From an uncultured Verrucomicrobiae bacterium (GTDB lineage: Bacteria > Verrucomicrobiota > Verrucomicrobiia > Chthoniobacterales > UBA10450): a DNA stretch of 64,000 nucleotides. Location of the stretch: the NCBI GenBank assembly GCA_963756875.1, contig CAVWPA010000003.1, forward strand, positions 32,001 through 96,000. Reading direction: 5' to 3'. Positions 33,765 to 43,363 of this stretch are shown one piece after another; the first letter of the stretch is position 1; each line of letters begins with the position of its first letter. The position numbers and the translations under genes are program-made. The notes under the pieces were generated by a model. The model was not told where the DNA came from. It worked only from the letters and a program-made list of their open reading frames with translations, and ran no database searches.

Positions 33765-34184
33765 CTAAATGGCGCAATCTCGCAAGGCGCGCTGTGCCTT
33801 GTCCACATCGGACGGGCGCAGAATGATCGGCCCCTTCGGCGCGTTCGCGCTTGTCGCGAAATACGCGTATTCGATGTTAACTTCCGCGCGGGAGAGGCAA
33901 TCGGCGATCTTGCCCAGCACGCCCAGTTCGTTGGACGCGTCGATGATAAGAACATCGTTCTCGATCGCAAGCACGCCTCGTTCGCCAAGAAGCATGAGAG
34001 CTTTCGTCGGGTCGCTTACCACCATGCGCACGACGGAGTGATCGACCGTGTCCGAGACAGTGAGCGCGTGAATGTTGATACCGGCTTTGGCCAGCGCTTC
34101 GCATACGCGGACGAGGGCGCCGGGGCGATTCTCAAGGAAGACCGCGAGCTGCGTTGCTGTTTCAAAGGAGAGCTTCGAGTTCAT
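33765..34184 (-). CDS. tandem ACT domain protein
   Basis: QLAVFLENRPGAL, AGINIHAL, NELGVLGKI, AEVNIEYAY; start at MNSKL. Confidence 0.88.
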   Translation of the reverse strand: MNSKLSFETATQLAVFLENRPGALVRVCEALAKAGINIHALTVSDTVDHSVVRMVVSDPTKALMLLGERGVLAIENDVLIIDASNELGVLGKIADCLSRAEVNIEYAYFATSANAPKGPIILRPSDVDKAQRALRDCAI

Positions 34185-34348
34185 GGTATTTTCAAGGTCG
34201 CGCGAGGCCGTGCTTCTGACAACCGGGCAAATTGAACGCGCGAAGCAGCATCGGTTCCAGATGAGGAACCGAGATTCCCGCCAAATAAACCCGCGCACTT
34301 TGCGGTTCATTGGTTATGGTGCGCCGCTATTGGACAAGTGATGAACCG

Positions 34349-35689
34349 ATGAAAGCCTCGACACTTTCCGCTTCCACACTAACGCCGGTCCCAGGTCGGA
34401 CCATAGGATTCGTCACAGCCTGCGCGATTGTCGTCGCCAACATCATCGGCACCGGCGTTTTCACCAGCCTGGGCTTTCAGGTGCGCGATATTCATTCCTT
34501 TTTCGCACTCATCATGCTCTGGGTCGTGGGCGGAATCGCCGCGCTCTGCGGCGCGCTTTCTTATGGCGAACTTGGTGCAGCTCTCCCTCGCTCGGGCGGC
34601 GAATATCATTTTCTCTCGAAAATTTATCATCCCGCCCTTGGTTTTATGGCCGGGATCGTTTCAGCCACGGTGGGATTTGCCGCGCCCATCGCGCTCGCGG
34701 CGATGGCTTTTGGCAAATATTTTCACGGCGTGTTCAATTTTGGTCCCCCGGCGATCCTCTCTTTCGCCGTCATCTGGGTCGTGGCGCTTTTCCATCTGCG
34801 AAATTTGCGCGTTGGCAGCGCTTTCCAAAATATCTGGACGCTCACTGAATTGCTCCTCATCGGCGCATTTATTACCGCCGGCTTGGTTGTCCAGCCAAAA
34901 CAGCCATTTACGCTTCTGCCGGCCCGTGGCGATATCGCCCCGATATTCGGCGCGCCGTTCGCGGTGGCCCTGGTTTACGTAATGTATTCCTACTCTGGAT
35001 GGAATGCCGCCACCTACATCACGGGCGAAATCCGGCAACCAGGCAAAAACCTTCCCCGCGCGCTTTTTGCCAGCACCGCGCTTGTGATGGTGATTTATGT
35101 GCTTTTAAACGGCGTTTTTTTAGCCGCAACGCCCCAAAATGAACTAAGCGGTCAATTGGAAGTCGGTTTGATTGCCGGCAAGCACATTTTCGGAGCAAAC
35201 GGCGCCCGGGTCGCTGGCGGAGTCATTTGCATCGGACTTATTTCCGCGATCAGTTCCATGACATGGATCGGCCCGCGGGTGACCATGTCGATGGGCGAAG
35301 ACTATCGGCTCCTCCGCTGGCTTGCCCGCAAAAACACCGAGGGCGTCCCGGGGTACGCAATCGGCCTGCAACTGCTCATCACGACTTTGCTCCTGCTTAT
35401 AGGAAGCTTCGAGTTTGTCGTCATTTACATTCAATTCACTTTGCTCCTCTGCTCGCTGCTCACAGTTCTCGGTGTCATCGTCTTGCGGACCAGCCACCCG
35501 GAAATCGCCCGTCCCTATCGGGTATGGGCCTACCCTCTGCCACCTCTCGTCTTTGCCACTATCGCGATTTGGATGATGGTTTATCTGTTGCGCTCGCACC
35601 CCGTCGAATCGTTCTTCGCTCTCGTCACCATGTCTGCCGGGTTCGCCCTCTATTTTTTCGCCGGGAAAGATCGCGGCGGCCAACAATGA
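34349..35689 (+). CDS. APC family amino acid permease
   Basis: IIGTGVF, YGELGAALPRSGGEY, YSYSGWN; about 12 TM. Confidence 0.92.
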   Translation: MKASTLSASTLTPVPGRTIGFVTACAIVVANIIGTGVFTSLGFQVRDIHSFFALIMLWVVGGIAALCGALSYGELGAALPRSGGEYHFLSKIYHPALGFMAGIVSATVGFAAPIALAAMAFGKYFHGVFNFGPPAILSFAVIWVVALFHLRNLRVGSAFQNIWTLTELLLIGAFITAGLVVQPKQPFTLLPARGDIAPIFGAPFAVALVYVMYSYSGWNAATYITGEIRQPGKNLPRALFASTALVMVIYVLLNGVFLAATPQNELSGQLEVGLIAGKHIFGANGARVAGGVICIGLISAISSMTWIGPRVTMSMGEDYRLLRWLARKNTEGVPGYAIGLQLLITTLLLLIGSFEFVVIYIQFTLLLCSLLTVLGVIVLRTSHPEIARPYRVWAYPLPPLVFATIAIWMMVYLLRSHPVESFFALVTMSAGFALYFFAGKDRGGQQ

Positions 35690-36795
35690 GAAAACAATCC
35701 TTTATCACGCTGTCCGCAGCGGCCGGATTATTAATCTGCCTCGTGGCAGCCGGCGCATCCGCCCGGAATTTGGTCCCGGCCGGTGCTCCGCCTCCGAACG
35801 ACACCGCCCGTTTTCTCGCCGGGATGCCGCCCCCGAAAAAGTCACCGCTGAAGCCGCTGACGCAAAACCCGGCCTGGCAGGCGCATGCCGTTACGTTCGA
35901 GAAGGCGTTTGCCAAGCTCAACGTGCGCCAGCTACCCAAATTGCACCAATGGGAGGCGGCTTATCTTCCCGAGGCCGCTCAATCGATACCAGTCGCATTC
36001 TATATGTTCAGCGGGCCGGACTTTCTTTATGTCGATCAATTCTATCCCGGGGCCGACGTTTACGTTCTTTGCGGCAAGGAAGCGATCGGGCCGGCGCCAG
36101 ATCCGCTGCACGCAGCGGATCTGGCAAGCGCGCTGCACAATCTGGAAGACGCGATGCACTCCTCCCTGCGCTTCAGCTTTTTTATCACCAAAGATATGAA
36201 GGTCGATTTACGGTCGCAGGAGCTTAAGGGGACGCTTCCTATTCTTTACGTCTTCCTCGCGCGCGCCAACAAGTTCATCAATGAGGTGGCCTTTGTTTCC
36301 TTGGGCGGCAATGGCGTCGTCCAGGAAGGCCGTGGAGGCGGGACACCTGGAGTGAGAATCCGATATACCGATAATCGAACGGGCGCTCACCAAACGCTCT
36401 TCTACTTTACAACCGATATTTCCGACGGCGGCATCAGTTCGGGCCCCGGTTTTCTCAAGTTTTGCGATCGCCTCGGCGTCGGGTGCAGTCTTCTCAAGTC
36501 ATCTTCCTATCTCATGTTCGAAGAGGGCTTCGCGCGGATCCGCAATTTTATTCTCGATCACAGCAAGATCATCATTCAGGACGACGCCGGAATTCCTATC
36601 TCCCATTTCAACCGCGACAAATGGAACATCCGCCTGTTTGGCAACTACATTGGTCCCATCGAAATTTTCAAACAATTCTATCAACCGAAATTGCAGGAGC
36701 TTTACGAGCAAAGCAATCCGCCGCCGATCCAGTTCAACTTCGGGTACCGTTGGAACTACAAGCAGAGCAACCTGATCGTGGCCCAGCGATACTGA
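35686..36795 (+). CDS. hypothetical secreted protein, translationally coupled to the permease
   Basis: ATGA overlap at 35686; signal peptide MRKQSFITLSAAAGLLICLVAAGASA; FYMFSGPDFLY, LLKSSSYLM, IQDDAGIP. Confidence 0.75.
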   Translation: MRKQSFITLSAAAGLLICLVAAGASARNLVPAGAPPPNDTARFLAGMPPPKKSPLKPLTQNPAWQAHAVTFEKAFAKLNVRQLPKLHQWEAAYLPEAAQSIPVAFYMFSGPDFLYVDQFYPGADVYVLCGKEAIGPAPDPLHAADLASALHNLEDAMHSSLRFSFFITKDMKVDLRSQELKGTLPILYVFLARANKFINEVAFVSLGGNGVVQEGRGGGTPGVRIRYTDNRTGAHQTLFYFTTDISDGGISSGPGFLKFCDRLGVGCSLLKSSSYLMFEEGFARIRNFILDHSKIIIQDDAGIPISHFNRDKWNIRLFGNYIGPIEIFKQFYQPKLQELYEQSNPPPIQFNFGYRWNYKQSNLIVAQRY

Positions 36796-36878
36796 GGTGC
36801 GATTCCAAGAAATCAAGTTGACGCCGGCATCATCAACGTTCTCAACCGTCAGAAACCAAAATCGCGTCGGAGCAGATC

Positions 36879-37020
36879 ACTCCCGTTCAGGTACAATCAG
36901 CGAGGACGCGTGTCAAGAACATACCCGCTCGGGTATAAAATATCCAATTGAATGTCTGTATTATACCCTATAAGGTATAACCGTAATGAGTAAAACCCAT
37001 AAGAATACCCTTTCGGGTAT
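36879..37020. promoter_or_regulatory. four 16-bp palindromic operators (ATACCC-N4-GGGTAT) at 42-bp period, with a candidate sigma70 promoter
   Basis: Copies at 36879 (degenerate), 36921, 36963, 37005; TTGAAT (36948)-N17-TAAGGT (36971). Confidence 0.75.
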
Positions 37021-37219
37021 AGCAGCGACATTGAAAGGACTGCGCGCCAAAGCCAACCTTACCCAAGAGGAGTTAGCCAGACGCAGCGGGGTCGGGCTAC
37101 GTTTTGTCCGCGAAGTCGAGCAGGGGAAAGCAACGGTCCGGTTGGACAAGGTCGATCAAGTGCTGGCGCTTTTCGGTTATCACCTAGAGGCGGTGAAGGA
37201 TCGTGAAATCTCTGCGTAA
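36986..37219 (+). CDS. hipB: HipB-like XRE HTH regulator
   Basis: LRAKANLTQEELARRSGVGLRFVREVEQGKATVRLDKVDQVLALFG. Confidence 0.88.
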   Translation: MSKTHKNTLSGIAATLKGLRAKANLTQEELARRSGVGLRFVREVEQGKATVRLDKVDQVLALFGYHLEAVKDREISA

Positions 37220-37517
37220 AGCCAATGTGATGTTCAAGGAGACGATGGCCGGTGTCGTCGAGGAGATCGATGCCGGTTACCGTTTCACGTACAATCCGAA
37301 CTTCTTAAAAAGCGGCGAACCGATCGCGGTGGCATTTCCGTTGCAAGCCGAGCCGTACGAGAGCCGGACGCTCTTTCCATTTTTCAAGGGTCTCTTGCCC
37401 GAAGGTTGGTACCGCGAAGTCGTCTGCCAGACGCTAAAGATCGATCCGAAGGATGAATTTGGTCTGCTGGTCAAAGCCTGCGGAGATTGCATCGGAGCAG
37501 TCTGGATTAGGCCATGA
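37203..37517 (+). CDS. hipS: HipS-like antitoxin (HipA N-terminal / couple_hipA domain)
   Basis: YRFTY, LFPFFKGLLPEGW, DCIGAV; lies between hipB and the kinase. Confidence 0.85.
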   Translation: MKSLRKANVMFKETMAGVVEEIDAGYRFTYNPNFLKSGEPIAVAFPLQAEPYESRTLFPFFKGLLPEGWYREVVCQTLKIDPKDEFGLLVKACGDCIGAVWIRP

Positions 37518-38428
37518 CGAACGACTGCGACATTTGCGGAAAAACATCTGAAGGAGAGAGCCGTTATCACCCTACCTGTTTGCGTCGATTGTTCGGCACG
37601 CCGTCGCTTCCCTTTATAGAACTGAGCCATGCCGAGGTGCTGGCCAGGGCGCAGGAAATGGCCGGGCGTATGTCGATCTCGGGCGTACAACCGAAGCTCT
37701 CGATGTCGCGGCAGGGTTCGCGCCTGATCCCTGTGGCGGACGGTGGACAATTTATCCTCAAACCGCAGACCGAGCGGTTCCCGCTGCTGCCGCAGAACGA
37801 GAACCTGTGCATGACTATTGCGGAGCGAATGGGCATTGACGTGCCGCCGCACGGCCTGTTCGACCTGCGGGATGGTTCGCCGGCTTACATCGTTCGCCGG
37901 TTTGATCGGGCAGCGAGTGGACAAAAACTGCGTTGTGAAGATTTCCTCCAGATTCTCGGCGAGGACGACAAGTATTCAGGGTCCGTCGAACAAATCGGGA
38001 AGAAGATTCGGGAATTATCGAGCGTGCCCGGTTTGGACGCGCAGCTCTTCTTTGAGCGAGTGCTGTTGAATTTTTTGCTCGGCAACGGCGACGCGCATCT
38101 GAAGAACTTCTCGCTGCTCGAAAGCGCGGATGGGCAATTGCGGCTATCTCCAGCCTACGACATTGTCTGTTCCAAGGCGGTCATTCCGAAAGAAACGGAT
38201 TTTGCGATCACGCTGAATGGGAAATCGGACAAAATAACGCGGCGAGATTTCGAAAAGTTTAGCGAAGTATTGAAAATCCCGCCGAAAGTTGTGGCGGACA
38301 TTTTCCAGCGTTTCGGCAAGGGCCATTCGATGATCTTGGAAGAGATTTCGCGTTCGCGTTTTTCGGCCGAGCCGAAGGAAAAGATGCAGCGCGTCGCGGA
38401 GGAAAGACGGAAAAGAATCTTCGGTTAA
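37514..38428 (+). CDS. hipT: HipT-like Ser/Thr kinase toxin (HipA C-terminal domain)
   Basis: MSISGVQPK Gly-rich loop, FILKP, NENLCM, RRFDR, GNGDAHLKNF, SPAYD. Confidence 0.9.
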   Translation: MTNDCDICGKTSEGESRYHPTCLRRLFGTPSLPFIELSHAEVLARAQEMAGRMSISGVQPKLSMSRQGSRLIPVADGGQFILKPQTERFPLLPQNENLCMTIAERMGIDVPPHGLFDLRDGSPAYIVRRFDRAASGQKLRCEDFLQILGEDDKYSGSVEQIGKKIRELSSVPGLDAQLFFERVLLNFLLGNGDAHLKNFSLLESADGQLRLSPAYDIVCSKAVIPKETDFAITLNGKSDKITRRDFEKFSEVLKIPPKVVADIFQRFGKGHSMILEEISRSRFSAEPKEKMQRVAEERRKRIFG

Positions 38429-38445
38429 ACCTTATGGCAGTCAGC

Positions 38446-38640
38446 CTCGTCTGGCACACGCGGGAGATCGGGCAAGACCTTCACCATGATCACCGCCGCA
38501 CGGGCTGATTCTGGAGCTGAAAGACATTTTCAAAACGTCGACAGTGTTGCTGGTGGTGGACCGGAACGAACTGGAAGGTCAACTGACGGGATGGGTGGAG
38601 CGGTTGTCGGGCAAGTTGAGCAGCCGGGATATCAAGATCT
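38446..38640 (+). pseudogene. hsdR: fragment of type I restriction enzyme R subunit (helicase motifs I/Ia)
   Basis: Across two frameshifts reads LVWHT-/[46 protein letters not shown]. Confidence 0.75.
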
Positions 38641-38658
38641 GCGCCGCTCGGATGAGCC

Positions 38659-39780
38659 TCACTCCTGGAAACGACGGAACCAGGAATACGGAAAACGGTC
38701 TCCCGGGCAATCCGTGGACCAGCGCGGCGGGTTGATTTGCCGGTGCGGTTCTACAATCGGATAATGGTTGCCAACTTTTCCGCATCTCTGGCGAAGGTAG
38801 CGAATTAACTCTTCGCACGATTCGAGTTGCGCCCGCGACGGCAAGTCCCGGTTGAAATCGCCGACCAGGCAAATGCCGAGTGCGATGTTGTTCAGATAAT
38901 CGCTGTGCACGTGACCGCCGTTGATCTGGCGCCGCCAGCGATCGCCTATCTCGATCTGGCCGTTACCTGTGGATGACCCGTTGCCGATGACAAAATGATA
39001 CGCCAGCCCATTTGGCATGTGGCGTACGTGCCGATGGTAGTAATCGAAGACACGGGCATTGCCCTGTCGCGTGCCGCTGTTGTGCACCACGATGTATTTC
39101 CATCGACCGCGTCTCACCGGCGCCCGGTCGATTTCCGCCCGCACGGATCGCGTCAGATAACGGTAACCGCCGCGATTGCTTTCCTCTACGCCAAAAAGCC
39201 TGGCCCAAAAGCCGCGCGGCTTCTCGTATCCGTATTTCTGAATGGTCAGTTGCTCAGGTTCCTGGCGCGGACCAGCAATCCGCGACCCTGGCTGAGGCGG
39301 GAGCGACGGAGACGCGACGGGGACCGCGCGCACCGCCGGAGCAGCGCGGCGCGCAACCGGTGTTTCGGAAGGTTTGGGCGCGGGAGTTCTCCGCCGGGTC
39401 TCTTCATCGCTCGAAGTTCGCCTTTTTCTCTTTCGTTCTGCCGTCGTTTTCTTTGATGCGTGTTTTTTTTCTGCGGATTTCGATCTGGCATGCCGGTGTG
39501 GCGTCTTTTCCGGCTCGGGCGTCGCTTCTTCCGATCTTTTTTTCGCTTTCGTCTTCGTCTTGTGTTTCGGTGCGGGCGAAGAAGATTTCGATTTGTGGTG
39601 AGCAGCTTTGCTTTTTCGACTCGGACTCGGCGATTCCTCAGATGATGCCGTGGCGGCTGCGCGGGCCTTGAGGAATTCTGCGCGCTTCTGCTTTTCCTCG
39701 TCGCTTAGTTGCGCGTGTAAGAGCGTGCAGGCCAGCCCACTGAGGACCAGCGCGACAGCAAACCAGAACCGGACACGCAC
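38659..39780 (-). CDS. secreted N-acetylmuramoyl-L-alanine amidase (Amidase_2/PGRP) with basic low-complexity linker
   Basis: [35 protein letters not shown]; signal peptide; start uncertain. Confidence 0.88.
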   Translation of the reverse strand: MRVRFWFAVALVLSGLACTLLHAQLSDEEKQKRAEFLKARAAATASSEESPSPSRKSKAAHHKSKSSSPAPKHKTKTKAKKRSEEATPEPEKTPHRHARSKSAEKKHASKKTTAERKRKRRTSSDEETRRRTPAPKPSETPVARRAAPAVRAVPVASPSLPPQPGSRIAGPRQEPEQLTIQKYGYEKPRGFWARLFGVEESNRGGYRYLTRSVRAEIDRAPVRRGRWKYIVVHNSGTRQGNARVFDYYHRHVRHMPNGLAYHFVIGNGSSTGNGQIEIGDRWRRQINGGHVHSDYLNNIALGICLVGDFNRDLPSRAQLESCEELIRYLRQRCGKVGNHYPIVEPHRQINPPRWSTDCPGDRFPYSWFRRFQE

Positions 39781-39879
39781 CACTACTACGCAGCGTAACA
39801 GAGCATGCCGCGTGATCAACCCCGAAGGCCTCTGCGATAAAACCCCGGGATTCTCGAATCACTCCGAAGAGGTTCGAAA

Positions 39880-40774
39880 TTATGTGGCCGGAGCGGGCTC
39901 GGTCGAAGCGGGCGGCGAGGCTGCGCACCGGCGTTGGCGTTCCTGAAGCAAAATGGAATTTAATTTGCCGCCCAGCAGCAGGAACAAACAGGTGAGATAC
40001 GTCCACGTCAGCAACATGATGATCGACGCAAGCGCCAGATAAGTCGGATTGTAGCGATCTGTACTTTTCAACGTAGAGCTGGAAAAGTTTCGTCACTACA
40101 ATCCAGCCAATGGAAAAAAAGACCGCGCCGGGCAACGCCTGCCGGGCCGTGAGATGTTTTTCAGGCGCAAGAAGGTAAAGAACCATTGCAAACCAGATCA
40201 AGGCCAATCCGATAAAAGGCAGATTCAGAGCGGCGACCCATTGCTGCAGCGGCACGCTCAGTTGAAAATTAACTTCCGCGATGCCGGCAAGCGTTTCGCC
40301 AAACACCATGGCGTTGAAACAAAACAGGATCACGATGCCGAACCAAAACAGCAGGAAAAATGAAACGATATATTTCGACCACCAGTTGCGAGCTTGATGT
40401 ACGCCCTGTGTCTGGCTCAATGCCCGCGCGATCGTCGCGATAAAAACAGTGCCCAGATAGATTCCGAAAATAATTCCGACATTCGCGAGGATCCCGCTCG
40501 AGCCGGTCACGACCACGCTGGCAACCGCCGCGTCCAGAATGTCCTGCACCCTGGGGTCGGGTGGCAAAAAACCCTTCAGCACGGAGAACATTCCATGCAG
40601 CTTCCCGGGATCGGTGCCGAAAAGACCGAGCAGATGCCACAGAAAAAGCATCACGAACGGAAGAGCCAGCAACAACTGGTAAGCAATTTGCGCGGCCAGG
40701 CCGGGCGTATTATCGGTCGCTGTCTCCCAAACCAGGCGCCGGCAAATTCTCCAGATAGAACGCAGAATTTTCAC
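39880..40774 (-). CDS. YihY/BrkB family membrane protein (frameshift near 40060)
   Basis: GLAAQIAYQLLLALP, ALPGAVF, LYVEKY; continues DRYNPTYLALASIIMLLTWTY...GGKLN after removing one base. Confidence 0.85.
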
Positions 40775-40857
40775 GCGACTCAGAGTTTACTTTGCCCGCT
40801 CCAAATATCCATTAACTTGCGCTTCCTTTTTGCTCCTCCTCATCGCCTTTGCCTAAC

Positions 40858-41934
40858 GTGAAAATCCTTATCCTCAGCGCCGGCTTTGGCGAAGGACATA
40901 ATAGCGCCGCGCGCGGCATCCGGGACGCTCTGGCCCGCGTCGCGCCAGGCGCGGAGACTGAATTGCGCGATCTCTTTGCCGAAACCTATCCCTGGATCAA
41001 CGAGCGCGTGCGCCGTGCTTATGCAGGGCTCATCAACCGGTGGCCCCGCACGTGGGGACTTGTCTATCGGTGGCTCGATCGGAAAAAAGACTTCGACCGG
41101 AATTTTGCGCGTTTCCAAGCTCTCAAAGATTGTCTCGCGTTGCTGCTCGCGAGCTTTCAACCCGATGTTGTCGTTTCCACCTTTCCGCCTTTCCCATATT
41201 TTTTACGGCAGGTCTCAGGACAAAATCCGCGCTACAGAAACGTGGCAGTCGTAACCGACTCCATTACGGTCAATGCAATCTGGTATCGTTCCCCGGCCGA
41301 TTATTTCCTCGTCCCAAACGAGCAAAGCGCCGCCATAGTTCACGCCGGTGGCGTTGCCCCCGAAAAAATCAAGGTCTTCGGATTCCCGGTTAACCCAAAA
41401 TTCGCCGATCTTGCGCCAGAGCAGCAGTCATCTCTGCCGTCACGACCGCGGATCCTTTACATGATCAACGCCGGCACACACCGCGCGCCGGAACTGATCA
41501 GCCGCCTGCTTGATCTCGAGATTCAGCTGACCGCAACAACCGGTCGCGACGAAAAACTCCGGCGCGCGGTTGAAGGCGCAGCCGGCGATCGCAAGATCGA
41601 CATTGTCGGCTGGACCGATCAGCTCCCGCGCATTCTCTGCGAAAGTCATTTGCTCATCGGCAAGGCCGGCGGCGCAACCGTCCAGGAAACCATCGCCGCC
41701 AGCTGTCCCATGATCATCAATCACGTCGTCTCTGGACAGGAGGAAGGCAACGCGCGCTTGATCGTCGAAACGAATTCCGGCGCGATGGCGCGCTCGAACG
41801 ACGAAGTCATCGAGCAAGTCGAACGCGCATTCGCGAACGACGGCGCGCGTTGGCGCCAATGGAAAAAGAACATCAGCGCACTCAGCCGACCACGGGCGTC
41901 ACTCGATATCGCGGAGTTCCTCATTTCGCTGTAA
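40858..41934 (+). CDS. MGDG synthase / UgtP-like glycosyltransferase (GT28)
   Basis: SAGFGEGHNSAA, VVTD, GFPV, KAGGATVQE, GQEEGNA. Confidence 0.88.
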   Translation: MKILILSAGFGEGHNSAARGIRDALARVAPGAETELRDLFAETYPWINERVRRAYAGLINRWPRTWGLVYRWLDRKKDFDRNFARFQALKDCLALLLASFQPDVVVSTFPPFPYFLRQVSGQNPRYRNVAVVTDSITVNAIWYRSPADYFLVPNEQSAAIVHAGGVAPEKIKVFGFPVNPKFADLAPEQQSSLPSRPRILYMINAGTHRAPELISRLLDLEIQLTATTGRDEKLRRAVEGAAGDRKIDIVGWTDQLPRILCESHLLIGKAGGATVQETIAASCPMIINHVVSGQEEGNARLIVETNSGAMARSNDEVIEQVERAFANDGARWRQWKKNISALSRPRASLDIAEFLISL

Positions 41935-41940
41935 CTTGAT

Positions 41941-42000
41941 TCAAGGAGCGGCGCCTTCCAGCCCCGAAGGCGCTCGGGGTCACAGACCGACGCTCGTTGA
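41941..42000. repeat. REP-doublet-like element overlapping the nagA 3' end
   Basis: tcaaggagcggcg...ggtcacagaccgacgctcgttga; right arm resembles ggtcatagaccgccgctaca at 52965-52984. Confidence 0.55.
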
Positions 42001-43176
42001 GAAGATTTCCTCTCCGCCAACGAACGTCTGCACCACTTCCATTGTCGGTGACATGACAACAAAGTCGGCATCCGCGCCCGCGTCGAGTCGGCCTTTCGTC
42101 TTCAACCCGATTGCGCCCGCCGGATTTGCCGTCGCCATCGCGACCGCTTCGTGAAACGAGACTTTAGCGCCACGCGCCATCGTGCGGACCAGATCGATCA
42201 TGCGCGAAGCGCTCCCCGCGAGCGCAGAACCGTCCGCAAGAAGACAAATTCCGTCACGGACAACGCAATCGAGGCCGCCAAGCGAAAATTTCGATTCGTT
42301 AGGCAACCCCGCGCCGGCTGTTGCATCGGTAACAAGACAGATGCCGCCGGCGCCCTTCGCGCGATACAACATTTTCATCAACGTGGTCGAAACATGGTGA
42401 CCGTCGGCGATGAGCTCGCACATGATTTCCGGTTCGCTCAACGCAAATTCAAGCAAACCGGCCCTGCGATAAATTCCGTCGCGGCGCGCGCCCGACATGC
42501 AATTGAACGTGTGGGTGACGCCGCGCATACCATGTTCGAACGCTGCCCGCGCCTGATCGTCCCATGCGTCGCTGTGACCGCCGCTGACGTTGATGCCGCG
42601 CGCCGCGAATTTATCGATTGCATCGAGCGCGCCCGGCAGCTCCGGGGCGATGGTGATGCGTTTAATGATTTCTGCGTGTTCGAGCAGGACCGCGCAACGT
42701 TCCGGAGTAGGATCCTGGATAAATTCCTGGCGCTGCGCACCGCGTTTTGCCTTCGAGATGAATGGACCTTCCACGTGAACGCCCACGATTTGCCGGATTG
42801 AAGATCGAGCATCGCGGACGGCTTTGAGAACGTCGACAATCGTCTCGAGCGGAGCGGTCGCGGTGGTCAGCAGCAGCGAGGTCGTGCCACCGCTGGCGTG
42901 ATAATCGCAGATGGCGCGAAATGCATCGACTGATGCTTCCATCGTGTCGCGGCCAACAGCGCCGTGAACGTGGATATCAACAAATCCAGGCGCGAGATAA
43001 TTCCCTTCGAGATCGATTATCTGTTGTGGCCCTGGCTTCCCGCCCGAGGATTCACGGGCAGGATGCCCGTGCCACCTTGGTTCGCGAATCCCAGCGATTT
43101 TGCCGTCCTCGACAACCAGTTCGAGGTCATCACGAATTCCATCTGGAAAAATGCAACGCGCGTTTCGAAAAATCAT
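41980..43176 (-). CDS. nagA: N-acetylglucosamine-6-phosphate deacetylase
   Basis: PGFVDIHVHG, HVEGPFI, APE, GHS, THTFNCM, IADGHHV, VTDA, LAGS. Confidence 0.95.
   Translation of the reverse strand: MIFRNARCIFPDGIRDDLELVVEDGKIAGIREPRWHGHPARESSGGKPGPQQIIDLEGNYLAPGFVDIHVHGAVGRDTMEASVDAFRAICDYHASGGTTSLLLTTATAPLETIVDVLKAVRDARSSIRQIVGVHVEGPFISKAKRGAQRQEFIQDPTPERCAVLLEHAEIIKRITIAPELPGALDAIDKFAARGINVSGGHSDAWDDQARAAFEHGMRGVTHTFNCMSGARRDGIYRRAGLLEFALSEPEIMCELIADGHHVSTTLMKMLYRAKGAGGICLVTDATAGAGLPNESKFSLGGLDCVVRDGICLLADGSALAGSASRMIDLVRTMARGAKVSFHEAVAMATANPAGAIGLKTKGRLDAGADADFVVMSPTMEVVQTFVGGEEIFSTSVGL
43026..43075. repeat. GTGG-type REP doublet inside the nagA coding sequence
   Basis: gtggccctggcttcccgcccgagg-att-cacgggcaggatgcccgtgccac; same family as intergenic copies at 43234 and 46012. 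Confidence 0.75.
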
Positions 43177-43233
43177 CCTTCAGCAGCGCGAACTTCGGCG
43201 AGCCGATGGAATACGCCAAAGAAATTCGCCGGC

Positions 43234-43360
43234 GTGGCATCGGCATCCGTGCCGATTGGACATAAGCATGGAAGCCCATGCAGCGGCAGTAAGCGTGTTG
43301 TAGGGCAAGCGCTCCCGCTTGCCAAAGTAGATAAAACTGCAAACGATGCGGTTGCCCTAT
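43234..43360. repeat. two adjacent REP doublets (GTGGCAT family and GTAGGGCAA family)
   Basis: gtggcatcggcatccgtgccgat...gcccatgc (43234-43284); tgtagggcaagcgctcccgcttgcc...gcaaacgatgcggttgccctat (43299-43360). Confidence 0.7.
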
Positions 43361-43363
43361 GTG

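Noticed and set aside
36879..37020. Repeat-spacer pattern resembling a mini CRISPR array
   Set aside because: Repeats are only 16 bp with variable centres, overlap a promoter and the hipB start, and no cas genes are present; operators fit better
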